Part shown: piece by piece, positions 11,801 through 23,373 of the stretch | Layout: each line of letters begins with the position of its first letter | How positions within the stretch are numbered: the stretch's first letter is position 1 | Origin: Macrostomum lignano | Taxonomy: Eukaryota | Direction: 5' to 3' | DNA: 64,000 nucleotides | Assembly (NCBI GenBank): GCA_002269645.1 | Contig: NIVC01001054.1 | Span: 84,744 to 148,743 of the forward strand | Made by a program: the position numbers and the translations under genes | Notes under the pieces: generated by a model | The model's input: the letters and a program-made list of their open reading frames with translations, nothing else | Told to the model about the DNA's origin: nothing | Databases searched by the model: none

Positions 11801-14800
11801 AAACGCGTCTAACTGCATATGCAATTAAAATAATATCAATATTATAGTCACGTCATATTATCCCTCTTTCCTTCAAGATGCTTGGTACCTGTCTGGTGCT
11901 CTCCGGATCCGCACTGGGTACCTGGACTCCGAAGGTTGAATAGAACTTGGTTCTCCATCGTCTTCGATAGGCTTGTGGGTTTCAGCCTCGGCTCTGTCTC
12001 TGACATGGTTCCGGTGCACCACCAGATCTCGTCCTCTATGGTCCTGTACTCGTCTCAGCTGTTCTCCAACCGCTTCTTGAAATACTCCCTCTCTCCACTC
12101 CTTGTTGAAGGGATCTTGGACCCAAACAGGATTGTGAGTTTGTACTGTTTTCTTGTCCTGGAACGACCGACGATGTAGCAGTGACAGTCTAGTATTAAAC
12201 TGGCGCCCAAACATTTCTCGACACGGAGCGACATCGTTGGCTCTTGGGCAGACTCGAATGGCGTACAAAACTTGTTGCATTCGAACTTCCGGGTCTGGAT
12301 CGTTTAGCTGTTTTAGCTTGGTCTTCAGCCTTTTGACTGCTACCTCGGCTACTCCATTCGAAGCGGGATGGTATCTGGGTGACTTGAGGTGTAGCACTCC
12401 AGTTCGCTTCAACCAGGCTTCTGTTTCACTGGCAAGGAACTGCGGTCCATTGTCAGTAACCAGTACTTCCGGGATGCCAAAGTTGCAAAACGTTCTTCGC
12501 AGCACTTTGATGATGGCTGCCGCATCAGTATCACAAACCCATTCGGCGCTAATAAATCCAGTCTTGGCGTCCGAGACCACGAGAAAATTTCTTCCTTCTA
12601 ATTGACCTAGGTCAGCATGCACTCGGCACCAGGCTTCCTTTGGTACTGGCCACGGTCACAGCTTTCTGTGACGGTCTTAGGCGTTGACACGTGTGACACT
12701 CGGCCACGCACTTTTCAATCTCCGCCTCCATATTTGGCCACCACACGTACTGCCGCGCCCAAGCCTTCATTGCTTGGATTCCTGGATGGAAATCATGGAG
12801 AAAGCACATAACTTGTGCTCTCAACTTTGAAGGGATGGCAATTCGTTGATCAAATAGCACGTCATATCCTACACTTATCCCACACTTATCCCACACTTAT
12901 CCTTGTCCACACTGCAGATTCATCAGGGTTCTCACAGCTCCCGAGTCCGACAGCAACGCCTTCCTGATCCCAGACCACTCTTCGTTTGTGAGCACTGCTC
13001 AGAAGCTCGCTGGTGCGCTCTGCGTGCAGATGGAGCCGAGTCCCAAACTCTGCGAAGAGAAGGTCGTCCGCCAGCAGTACGGGGACGGGGTTGCCTTTTC
13101 AAGAATATTCTCAAATTTCGGATCGAATTTAAGTTCGATGCCGCTAAAAAGTGCACGAAAAAGAAGACTTTTGAGCACCGTGAAGACTGCAGTGAGTTGT
13201 TTTTATGTGTGAGACCTTTTTTGGCGCTTTTTGTAATGAAAAGCGTCTTTACTGACCTACAGTTACCTAAGTGATTCCCGATCCCACACTGATCCCACAC
13301 TGATCCCACACCGATCCCACACCGATCTCACCTTTTCAACGTTTCCCTGTCCATCTTAAAACTTTTCACACTGCAGAAAATGTCGCCACCAGCCCATTCA
13401 GTGGAGTTCAGTACCTGCCCGTCGACAAGCCGCGTCACTGCTTCAAATATGAGAAGTCTTTCTTCCCCACCAAGAAATTTCTTCCGACGATGAAGTGTGA
13501 GTGAAATTCTCAGAGATTAAGGCTGGGGGCTTAGAAAGTTGGATCACCAAGGGTTAGGGAGATTCAACGGTATCGAAATTGTGGTGAGCAGACTCTAAGA
13601 TAGAGGATATACGCATGTTCAGATTCAGGCACTGAGGCAGATTCAGATTATAACAAAAATCCCCACAATTTGACAGTGGCAGAGTGTGCAGTAATTATTA
13701 TAACAAAAATCCCCACTATTTCACAGTGGCAGAGTGTGCAGTAATTATTATAACAAAAATCCCCACTATTTCACAGTGGCAGAGTGTGCAGTAATTATTA
13801 TAACAAATCCCCACTATTTGGCAGTGGACAAGTGTGCAGTAGTTATTATAACAAATCCCCACTATTTGGCAGTGGACAAGTGTGCAGTAATTATTATAAC
13901 AAATCCCCACTATTTGGCAGTGGACAAGTGTGCAGTAATTATTATAACAAATCCCCACTATTTGGCAGTGGACAAGTGTGCAGTAATTATTATAACAAAT
14001 CCCCACAATTTGGCAGTGGACAAGTGTGCAGTAATTATTATAACAAATCCCCACTATTTGGCAGTGGACAAGTGTGCAGTAATTATTATAACAAATCCCC
14101 ACTATTTGGCAGTGGACAAGTGTGCAGTAATTATTATAACAAATCCCCACTATTTGGCAGTGGACAAGTGTGCAGTAATTATTATAACAAATCCCCACTA
14201 TTTGGCAGTGGACAAGTGTGCAGTAATTATTATAACAAATCCCCACTATTTGGCAGTGGACAAGTGTGCAGTAATTATTATAACAAATCCCCACTATTTG
14301 GCAGTGGACAAGTGTGCAGTAATTATTATAACAAATCCCCACTATTTGGCAGTGGACAAGTGTGCAGTAATTATTATAACAAATCCCCACTATTTGGCAG
14401 TGGACAAGTGTGCAGTAATTATTATAACAAATCCCCACTATTTGGCAGTGGACAAGTGTGCAGTAATTATTATAACAAATCCCCACTATTTGGCAGTGGA
14501 CAAGTGTGCAGTAATTATTATAACAAATCCCCACAATTTGGCAGTGGACAAGTGTGCAGTAATTATTATAACAAATCCCCACAATTTGGCAGTGGACAAG
14601 TGTGCAGTAATTATTATATCAAATCCCCACTATTTGGCAGTGGACAAGTGTGCAGTAATTATTATAACAAATCCCCACTATTTGGCAGTGGACAAATGTG
14701 CAGTAATTATTATAACAAATCCCCACTATTTAATTGACAGTGGACAAGTGTGCAGTAATTATTATAACAAATCCCCACTATTTGGCAGTGGACAAGTGTG

Positions 14801-14979
14801 CAGTAATTATTATAACAAATCCCCACTATTTGGCAGTGGACAAGTGTGTCGCTACAGACTACAGTTGCGTGGCAGTCGGACAAAAGCTCAGCTGCAGAGA
14901 CGAGTACGGCAACCTTTCCACGAACTGCAAATGCGACTCACATTCTCAAGGCACGACTCTGGTGATCGAACCCCAGTGA
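8802..14979 (+). CDS. Secreted protein with two von Willebrand factor A domains and Cys-rich linkers, paralogue A; exons 8802-9397, 9625-9875, 11086-11572, 12918-13191, 13377-13496, 14858-14979
   Basis: Signal-peptide-like [16 protein letters not shown]. vWA1: [12 protein letters not shown] (MIDAS DxSxS), [14 protein letters not shown]. vWA2: [30 protein letters not shown] junctions. Exons total 1850 nt, i.e. one 1-nt frameshift in a G-run near 13081-13091. Confidence 0.85.
9960..10715. repeat. G/T-rich degenerate ~17-bp repeat (gggtgcagtggggtggt) in vWA-A intron 2
   Basis: Tandem degenerate units; counterpart at 33975-34680. Confidence 0.9.
11873..12870 (-). mobile_element. Ty3/gypsy pol fragment (integrase H2C2 zinc finger + core) in vWA-A intron 3
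   Basis: [24 protein letters not shown]...CHTCQ (12612-12896), then LVTDNGPQF and [12 protein letters not shown] (11873-12622), one frameshift. Absent from paralogue B. Confidence 0.9.
13640..14850. repeat. 48-bp minisatellite in vWA-A intron 5 (about 25 units)
   Basis: ataacaaatccccactatttggcagtggacaagtgtgcagtaattatt in tandem. Confidence 0.97.
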
Positions 14980-15477
14980 TCATTTCTGATTCAGTTTGCA
15001 AATTTTATTTTGTCAACGACTAAAACTCTTTAGACAGTAATTTCCGTAAAGACATTACTAATGTGTGGCACATTATTGATAATAATACTTCAATTGCTTA
15101 CTCGGTAAGAAATTAGCGTTTCTCGATAAACGCGTTTTTAATTAGCTAGCCAATATTGTAACAAAATTGAACAAATAAGATTGTAGTAAAATTTTGACGG
15201 CGATTATTTTTTACTCTTGAAAACTCAAATTGCTACTTGTATTAACTGAAATGTGAAAGGCGAGTATTTTTCCCACTGCGATTTAATTTTCAGCATATAT
15301 TAAATGCAGACTGACTAAGATTGAAACTGCTTGACTTTTTGCTTTACCACTGCGCTACTGATAGCAACAATGATTGTTTTTTGACAAAAGGAACTATAAA
15401 TACATACTCATTGCTTAATGGTTATCTTTTAAAGCTAAAAAATAATAACTTTAAACTTGTGTGTGACGTGTACGGAT

Positions 15478-16104
15478 GGTCAGTCAGTCAGTCAGTTAGT
15501 CAATCAGTCAGTCAGTCAGTCAGTCAGTCAGTCAGTCAGTCAGTCAGTCAGTCAGTCAGTCAGTCAGTCAGTCAGTCAGTCAGTCAGTCAGTCAGTCAGT
15601 CAGTCAGTCAGTCAGTCAGTTAGTCAGTCAGTCAGTCAGTCAGTCAGTCAGTCAGTCAGTCAGTCAGTCAGTCAGTCAGTCAGTCAGTCAGTCAGTCAGT
15701 CAGTCAGTCAGTCAGTCAGTCAGTCAGTCAGTCAGTCAGTCAGTCAGTCAGTCAGTCAGTGGGTCAGTCAGTCAGTCAGTCAGTCAGTCAGTCAGTCAGT
15801 CAGTCAGTCAGTCAGTCAGTCAGTCAGTCAGTCAGTCAGTCAGTCAGTCAGTCAGTCAGTCAGTCAGTCAGTCAGTCAGTCAGTCAGTCAGTCAGTCAGT
15901 CAGTCAGTCAGTCAGTCAGTCAGTCAGTCAATCAGTCAGTCAGTCAGTGGGTCAGTCAGTCAGTCAGTCAGTCAGTCAGTCAGTCAGTCAGTCAGTCAGT
16001 CAGTCAGTCAGTCAGTTAGTCAGTCAGTCAGTCAGTCAGTCAGTCAGTCAGTCAGTCAGTCAGTCAGTCAGTCAGTCAGCCAGTCAGTCAGTCAGTCAGT
16101 CAGT
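15478..16104. repeat. (TCAG)n microsatellite
   Basis: About 155 units; yields the SQSV ORFs. Confidence 0.98.
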
Positions 16105-16547
16105 GTCAAAATATTTTAAGTTTGTTTGCTTCAAACTTGAAGACGATTGGTAAAAGTGGAGCGGCGCTGTGGAGGATTTAGTAAAAAATTCGCGCATTTT
16201 GAGCAGTTTTTTGCACTTCTAGATAGGAAGACTCAAATTTAGGAAATTTTAAGGTAGCCTGACACTTTCCGTAGTGAGTTTAGGGTGGGTGAAAAAATTG
16301 GTGTAATTTGTTTGAGCGGTTTGGGAGTCCATAGCGAAGTAATTTGTACACACACATTATTACTTCAGTTCATCTGCGCTCGTCTCTGTTTACTCTGTTA
16401 TCTCTCCCCGTGTCTGTCTGGTTCAGTCTTGTTATTCTATCTCTCTCCCTCGCTGCCTTCTGATTGGTTTGTATAGCGCCTGCTACAACTGTGAAATAAA
16501 TTAAGGCCGTGCGGAATTTAACTATGCAGTGGAAGGTGGTAAGAAGA

Positions 16548-17510
16548 TTTTTATTTTATTGAAGCCCCCGTCTCTCGCTTCTTTAGGCGTTGGCTGACTG
16601 TACTCGTACTGAATTCTGGCTATTTGAGCTATAGTAAACCATTGAGACGAAGTCAAAGCAGTTGGCAGGAGAGGCGCAGGTTCGAGCCTGACCCAATCCA
16701 AACCAAGAAAGTTCTACAGAGAGAGAGAGTTAGAGCGAGCCAACCCGACGAGCCAAGCCATGCACAGCGGCCCTTTCATCCGAGTCCCGAACAGAAAGAT
16801 AGCGAAACACCGAGTTTCCCTTCCAGTGGTGATGGTGGTTCCCGGCCAGAGCTAGTCCGGGGAGCGCGTCTGCGCCCCTATCTTCTGGAAATATTCGAGC
16901 ACGCGAGGGCCGTCATCTGCAACGACGTACAGCGACGGGTTTGGTCCGAGGAACTCCGCCCGGATGTCTGCGTGTGTCGGGCACTGGATCATGAGGCTTT
17001 CGAGGTCCTCCTCGGCTTTACCGCATGCAGGGCAGGTCGCGGATGGCTCCAGACCGATGCAGTGGCGATAACTGCGGAGGCGGGGGCAGTGGCCGGTGCG
17101 GAGGTCCATGGAGGACGTAGGTGCGATACAGGCGTGAGAGGGTGTGCGAGTCCTGCCCCCAGTCACGGCTGGTGAGGCACCTCAAAACACTGGCGCGTTT
17201 TTGCAGGTTCCTGCGCTAGATAGAGGCATGGTGACGGAATGTAAGCTGCTGATCCAGGTGAACGCCAAGCAGTTTTGGATGCAATTCGAAGGGGGCCTGG
17301 GAGTCGCCGAGCATGATGCGTGGCTGCACCTTTCCATTAGTCTCGCGCGGGTCGGAGGAGAAATACGCGACAACCGACTTGGTTCTGCTGAGGTCCATCT
17401 TCCAGGTTTGGGACCACAACAGGAGCCAATTGGCAGCACGTTGCAGAGTTTGCTCGCACTCGCGGACGGTTGTTCCCTGAGCTCCAGAGGTGCTGTCGCC
17501 GGCGTAAGCT
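16548..17510 (-). mobile_element. 5'-truncated non-LTR retrotransposon (LINE) remnant: RT C-terminus and CCHC finger
   Basis: AYAGD (degenerate YADD), LGVHLDQQLTFRHH (in ORF 17216-17650), CPACGKAEEDLESLMIQCP (16852-17166), A-rich 3' end aataaaataaaaa near 16548-16560. Confidence 0.8.
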
Positions 17511-18700
17511 ATGACAGCACAGCGCCCTTCCAGTCGTCCAGCTTCTTTATCATAGGCCGTGGAACACCGAGCTGCATGGCTGCTGTAGCGCTGCCCCGGC
17601 GCAGCCCGTGTCCAGTGAACTCGGGTGGCGACAAACCCGCCGATGTGCACAGCGAACGAAGCCGTCTATCAAACCTGCTAGCCGTCAGAGGCAACCACCC
17701 CGTTGACGACCACGGGGAGAACAGGTGAACCGGACGCGGCGCCTGGTCAACTCGGTTTGCCCGTGGCTGCCGCTCGAGCGCACGGAACGGGCACAGGACA
17801 CCCAAGCTCTCATCAGGCAACTTCGGAAGAAATACTCACTGAATTCGGTCGCAAAACTGGTTGGTCTTTCAATGCCGCACGGTGAGCTCACAGTCGCACT
17901 CCGAGACGATGTTTGATGCCGCCAGGTCGCACCACAGATTGAGCTGCTCCGATTGCGTTGTCATATTCGCTTGTCGCAGCATACCTCACCAGGCTGCCAG
18001 AACAGCTGCCCAGAACGCGATGTCACTCTTCAGACGTTGGTCCAGGTGGGCGTGCAGCTTGAGGAGATCAGCGATAATGAACGGCTCCCTTGAGCGCTGC
18101 TGCCGACTGAGACATCGGCGAAGACCACGAAGCACCAGCTTGACCATCGGCGACTCACACGGGTCCGGCCGGCCGAGAGCTCTGAAGTACAGCGAGACCG
18201 CGTTGGCATACGCCTGGCAACTCCGAAAGGCTGACAGCTGGGTGGACAGCTCGGCCATGTACTCAGCCACGCGCATCGGCTCTGCCCGCGCCGGCGTCAG
18301 ATGCCGGGAGTTGCAAAAACGCAGCCAGGACGCGAGCTGCGACCGGTAACTCCGCTTCGTGCGGGCGCGTTAGGAAAGCAGGGCAGAAAGCATGGCTAGC
18401 GATCTCATCAAAACAGCAGTTTACAGTGCCATACACTCGAAATAAAAAATCACGCATTTTGTCCACTGCGTTAAGCCTAGAGCACGGGTCTGCAAAAACG
18501 TGGTACCAGCAGCCAGGCACATGAAAAGTGCGCACCTCAACCCCACGCCTAACAGCATTGAGCATGGCAGTCTGGAACAGCGGTCGCAACTCAGGTTGCC
18601 GGCAGCAGCTTCTGTTTATGATCCCAACAGCCGCACTTGAGTCGGAGTAGATCACGACCGAACTGTCATTCATTTAAAAAGTCACTCCAGTGAACCATAG
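17510..18700 (-). mobile_element. Degenerate DIRS-type retrotransposon fragment: RNase H and tyrosine recombinase
   Basis: RNase H: IYSDSSAAVGIINR...HVPG...ADPCSR (18263-18673). YR N-part: SPMVKLVLRGLRR (17986-18276). YR catalytic: FTGHGLRRGSATAA...LDDWK (17509-17820). Confidence 0.85.
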
Positions 18701-19389
18701 CTAGTAGCGGAACAATATAGCTTCTTTGTACGTGGTATGCTTATCTTCCCTTCAGCATCCAGATCTCAATTGACATAAAGCCAATCCTGATTCTAATTCT
18801 GATGGGCTATTTAATATCGTCTCTTTCCTCACTCGCGCACTTCACCCCTCCTTTTCTTATCTTGCTGGCTGGTTGTTACAGTCGTACACCCAAACCCCCT
18901 CCCATTCACCTACCCTATACTAAATTCACACATACAAAATCTCTAACTTATTTGTGTATTTAAATCTGTAACGCTTCCGCCTCCTGTCTCCGTATCCGTA
19001 TCCGGGATTCCATGCAGTATGAATTCGGGGGAATAGTGGGTAAACCGAAATTTGTACACCAAACCGTAAATGGATTTCATCTTTTCAATTTCACAATCTT
19101 TATGAAATCAGCCCAATTTCTTTTCAGTTACCCGAGTCCCCAGATTTCAATTGATCCTTTCAATTATTTTCAATTTCAAAAAGTAGACAAGAATGTTTAC
19201 ACGAAACCATAAATAAGAGAGCTACATAGCATTGCGGGGTCAAGGCGGGGAGCTATTTTATAGCCTTTTATTACATGATTTATCTGAGCCCGCGAGTTTA
19301 CTTTTATTGTACAATTGAATTATCGTTTGATTTCTCATCTTTTCGTATCTCCCCAGTGTCGGAATAGTCATTGAAATCAGCCGTGCATC

Positions 19390-22300
19390 TACCAGCAACC
19401 CTTGCCCATTTTTGATTGGTTGCGCTGCGGCGCTACCGGCGTTTGTGTACGCTGCCCACCCCCTCGCGTGTTTGCGTCCCCCCTGCCGGCCCCCCACCCC
19501 TCCTCGTGGGCGTGGGTGCCGGGGGTTTTATGCTGTGTTCTGGGGCGGTTGGCCTCTCTGCCTTGGTTGCAAATTTTTTTGGACTGCTAGTCCATGTCAG
19601 ACAGCCCTATGACTGTAAAGGAGCTGCGCACCGCCTTGCGTGCAAGAGGCCTGCATACTGCTGGAAACAAATCACACCTTGCAGGAGCGACTCTGACAGG
19701 CGGAGGCACAAGACTCAGCAGGAGCCCAATCAGCATCGATCTCTAGACTCATCGACGATCGTGACAGCAGCGATCATCCAAGGAGGCAGGAGCTCAGCGA
19801 GATGTCTTCAGACGACAGGAGGGCGACAGCCGGTGACAGAAGGGCGGCAGGAGAGACCTACGGGACTGGCGACCTGGACCGAGAGCTGCTGGAAGCGGAG
19901 AAGCAGCTGCGCCTGCTGACGATTCGCCGGGATCAAGCGCGCATGGAGGCTGAGATCCGGCAGCTGGGCGGCCGAGTTGATGAGCCGCCGCGGCGACCAC
20001 TGAATGTCGCGGTACCCGGTGAGTACTCACGCCTTGAGGACTTGGTGTTGGGACCCACAGCTATAGGGCCAATTGAGGTGCAGCAGCCAGGACAGCAGCA
20101 TATGAGCATTTATTCGGGTGCCAGAAGCGGCTGGCGCCAAACAAATCGAGCCGGTCTGTCGGTGACTGGATTACCGGGAATGTGAATGCGCTGATTCAGA
20201 TGCTGAAGGACGGCAGGCTTCTGCTGAAGGACGGCACCGAGTTTGCAGCGGCAGGCTGGTGCTACGGCAAGTTGAGCACCGAAGCGAACGGTCTGCTTCG
20301 ACTACAACAGACTGTCCGGCTGCCATCGCAATCCGTGCCGGTTCACGCACTGTTGTCTGCGCTGCGGCCAGGCGCTCTCGGAGGCCCCTTCCACAGATCG
20401 GAGGGTGGCCAGACGGCAAAAAACTGATGGACGGGGTTCGGTGGCAGGGGTCTCTTAACATCGAGTCGCCCGCCCCTGCTGCTGCTTTCGATGAACCCCG
20501 TGACGAGGGCGACTCAGGCGGAACCTTCTCTACCGACTTGTGCTTTGAAGCCTGGCGTTTGGAGCTGGCCGACACCGAGATGCCAGCGGAGCTCGCGCAA
20601 TTCGTTCTCTCCGGTGTGAAGGAGGGTTTCCGCATCAGGATCAGGAATGTCGGTTGTACCGTCGACAATGTTGAGCAAGAAAGCTACGGATCCATCTGTC
20701 AGCACCGTACCAGTGCTCAGGCTTAAATTTCTGAGGAGCTGCTGGCGGGCAGATACCGCGTTTGTGCAAAGCCGGCGATTGTGAGCACCCTGGGCGCCTT
20801 TCCAAAGTCGGGTGGAGGCATCCGGCTCATCCATGACTGCAGCTAGCCTCAAGGTCGCGCTCTCAATGACATGTTCGTGGGCCAACGGAAGCTTCGGTTT
20901 TCTTCGGCAGCGGCTTGTGGCAGAAGGCTGCGCAAGGGCATGTACATGTTCAAGGTGGACCTGAGCCAGGCCTACAGGTCTTGCGGCATTCACCCAAGTG
21001 ACCACTGCCTCACCGGCCTGAAGTTCACGTTTGAAGGCGATGTTGAGCCGACCTACATGGTTGACACCCGGCTGCCGTTTGGTGCAGCGGCATCTGTCAG
21101 AAGCTTCTTTCGGGTTAGCAATGCCAGTCGGTTCATGATGCTCAAGCGCAAGTTTTACAACTTCGAGGTCTACATGGACGATTTCGGCTTCGCGGGGTCG
21201 CTGACTGATTGCTGGCGTTTCTACACGGAGCTGACGCAGCTGGTGCAGAGACTGGGCCTGCCAGGTGATTGTCAACGGCCGGCCTTTCTTGCGCGACCTG
21301 ATCGACCACACCAGCAACCTGTCAAGCTCAATGGATCGGCTGTTGATGGATGACCAGTTGAAGAGCATCCTCGGCTAGTGAAAGGTGGCCTTGCGGCAGC
21401 AGCAAGATCGTGAGATTTGGCCCACGTCCAGGAGACCGGTTGCCATGGAGACGGACGCCTGCGGCAGCTATTTTGTGTGACCCGGCTGTCTTTGACTGGT
21501 GCTACCTGAAGTGGGATGTCGATGCTGGTGGCGTCTTCTGCGAGTGCTGCATCAACTACAAGGAGGCTGCTGCGGTCCTGCTGGCCTTGCTGCGCTGGCG
21601 CCATCAGCTGCACAACTGCCGAGTCGACGCTTACTGCGACAACGCCGCCGCCTGCGCGATCGTCAACAATGAGTATTCCAGGGAGCCCCGGTTGCTGCGG
21701 CTGCTGCAAACTGTTGCTCTGCTTTGCCTGAAACAGCTGAACGTGGGTATTACCGCCTATTATGCGCCTGGCCGGTTCCAGCTGTTTGCTGACGCAGCTT
21801 CCCACCTGCACTGCCATCAAGAATTGCTGAATTTTGTGTTGCGAGCCTATGCAACATGTGTCAGCCGGCAAGAGTTTGCCTGTCATGAGCTCAGCCCTCC
21901 CATTGGCGCCTTTCTCCTTTTGCAGGTCGCCTCCCTGGGTTTCTCGACGACGCCGCCGCCAAGCTTCTCCAGCAGGCCTACGCCTCATCATCCAAGAAGT
22001 CGCTGTCGTCCGCCATCCGCTCCTGGCAACGCTTCTGTCTCGAGCGGCGGCTCGACCCGCTCTGCTTCCGGGCGAAGGACCTCGCGAATTATGTTGCCCG
22101 AATCGTAGATGCCCGGCTCCGCTCCTTCGGCAGCGTATGCGTGCACATCAGCGGTCTCTCCGCCAACTTCCGGCTGGCAGGGGCGCCAGATCTGACCAAG
22201 CATCCGTTGCTGCACCTGGTGCTGCGGGGCGGAGCCGAGCCGCAAGCTGCTATGTCACCCGATATCCTGTCCAGACTGCGTCTTCAAGCTGACTGCTCAA

Positions 22301-22720
22301 GCCCGGTGCAGGCGGCCTGCTGGGCTGCTGTCATGTGCGCCTGGTGGGGCATGTTCAGGAAATCCAGTCTGCTGCCACGGTGCCGTGCTGCGGCTGAGTT
22401 CGCTGTCAAGGTGCAGGGATGACCTGCTGCTGGTGTCCAGCGTAGCGTAGCGTTGCGGTGAACTGTTACTTGTCCCAGAATGACGCGTCCCTCGACGCAG
22501 CTCGCAAGCTCGCCGTTGCTGTGCTTAGCCGTTCCTGACCCTCACTGCTGTGCTTGTTTGCTCTTGCTGCCTTTGCCGTGCTTTCTTCGGCTTCTTTTTT
22601 GGTGTTGGGGGTCAGCTTGCCGGTTTCCTTTTGGCCGCTTTGCGCTCTTTCGCAGTCTTCGCCAGTTTGTTTGTTTCTGGTGGGGCGGGCCGTGTGCAGA
22701 AACATTTTAATACAATGAAT
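19390..22720 (+). mobile_element. Degenerate DIRS/Ngaro-type retrotransposon: ORF1, RT, RNase H, partial tyrosine recombinase
   Basis: RT: KVDLSQAYR, RLPFGAAAS, VYMDDF (20871-21353). RNase H: INYKEAAAV, AYCDNAAA, ADAASH (21410-21860). YR-like: HPLLHLVLRG, MFRKSSLL (22141-22422). Many stops and frameshifts; element ends approximate. Confidence 0.85.
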
Positions 22721-23373
22721 GCAACAGGGTTTTATCTGAAATGACGTCTGAAGCCTGATATTGCTAAGCTGGCGTAGCGCTGACAGTGTATCAACAATTT
22801 GCTGAAAGATGCAATTGCCCAAATTTTTAAAGTACTGCTACTGTTTTTCAGCTACAGAAACGACTAGAAATCATAGTGCGGATGCGGTTGAGCTTGAGCG
22901 ACTTACGATCGGGTTCTGACTGCACCAAAATACGACCCCGCAATGCAACGGTTCAATTCCTGCTGGTTTGGTCTTCCTTGAACTGCCGAGAACTCGTTTG
23001 TCAAGTGTATTCACTGACTGGACCAAACCGAGACAACAGCCTGACCCTGATTATATTCGCGTGGAGCACAAGGAAGAGAAGATTCCGTCCACGGTTACTA
23101 CTTCTGTCGGGACAAATCCTTTCCGTGACGACAAAGGCAGCTAGTTCGTCAATCAGATATTACTCCAAGGCAAGGTGACACCGCCGAATCGGGTGCTGAC
23201 CAAAGCACAGATGCTATTCCTGAAATTCCTGAAGACAAGACTGGCGGGACGACCGCAAGCCAAGCGATAGTTCCTGTGCAAGGAGTACGCAGAAGTTCTC
23301 GTCAGTGATGACCCCCTGATCGTTTGCAATGTGATAAGTATAATTAAATAAACAGCATGCACGCTAAGCAATT

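Larger units (their letters stand above)
8161..15100 (+). repeat. Segmental duplication copy A (paralogue of 31991-37810)
   Basis: aatgca(t/c)caaattagcggtggcatgg starts both copies; similarity continues to ...aataatacttcaattgct in both. Confidence 0.95.

Noticed and set aside
13716-15023. Long 16-aa repeat ORFs (also 36743-37735)
   Set aside because: A 48-bp intronic minisatellite open in several frames; only 14858-14979 and 37570-37691 are exonic.
15321-16153. SQSV ORFs and the other SVCL/DRQT/GSGVGREWV/IAKW-type ORFs
   Set aside because: Micro- and minisatellite translations.
22876-23329. Internal region of an LTR element attached to the 23330 LTR
   Set aside because: A VRRSSRQ-like tail is present, but there is no PPT, PBS or pol motif to support it.
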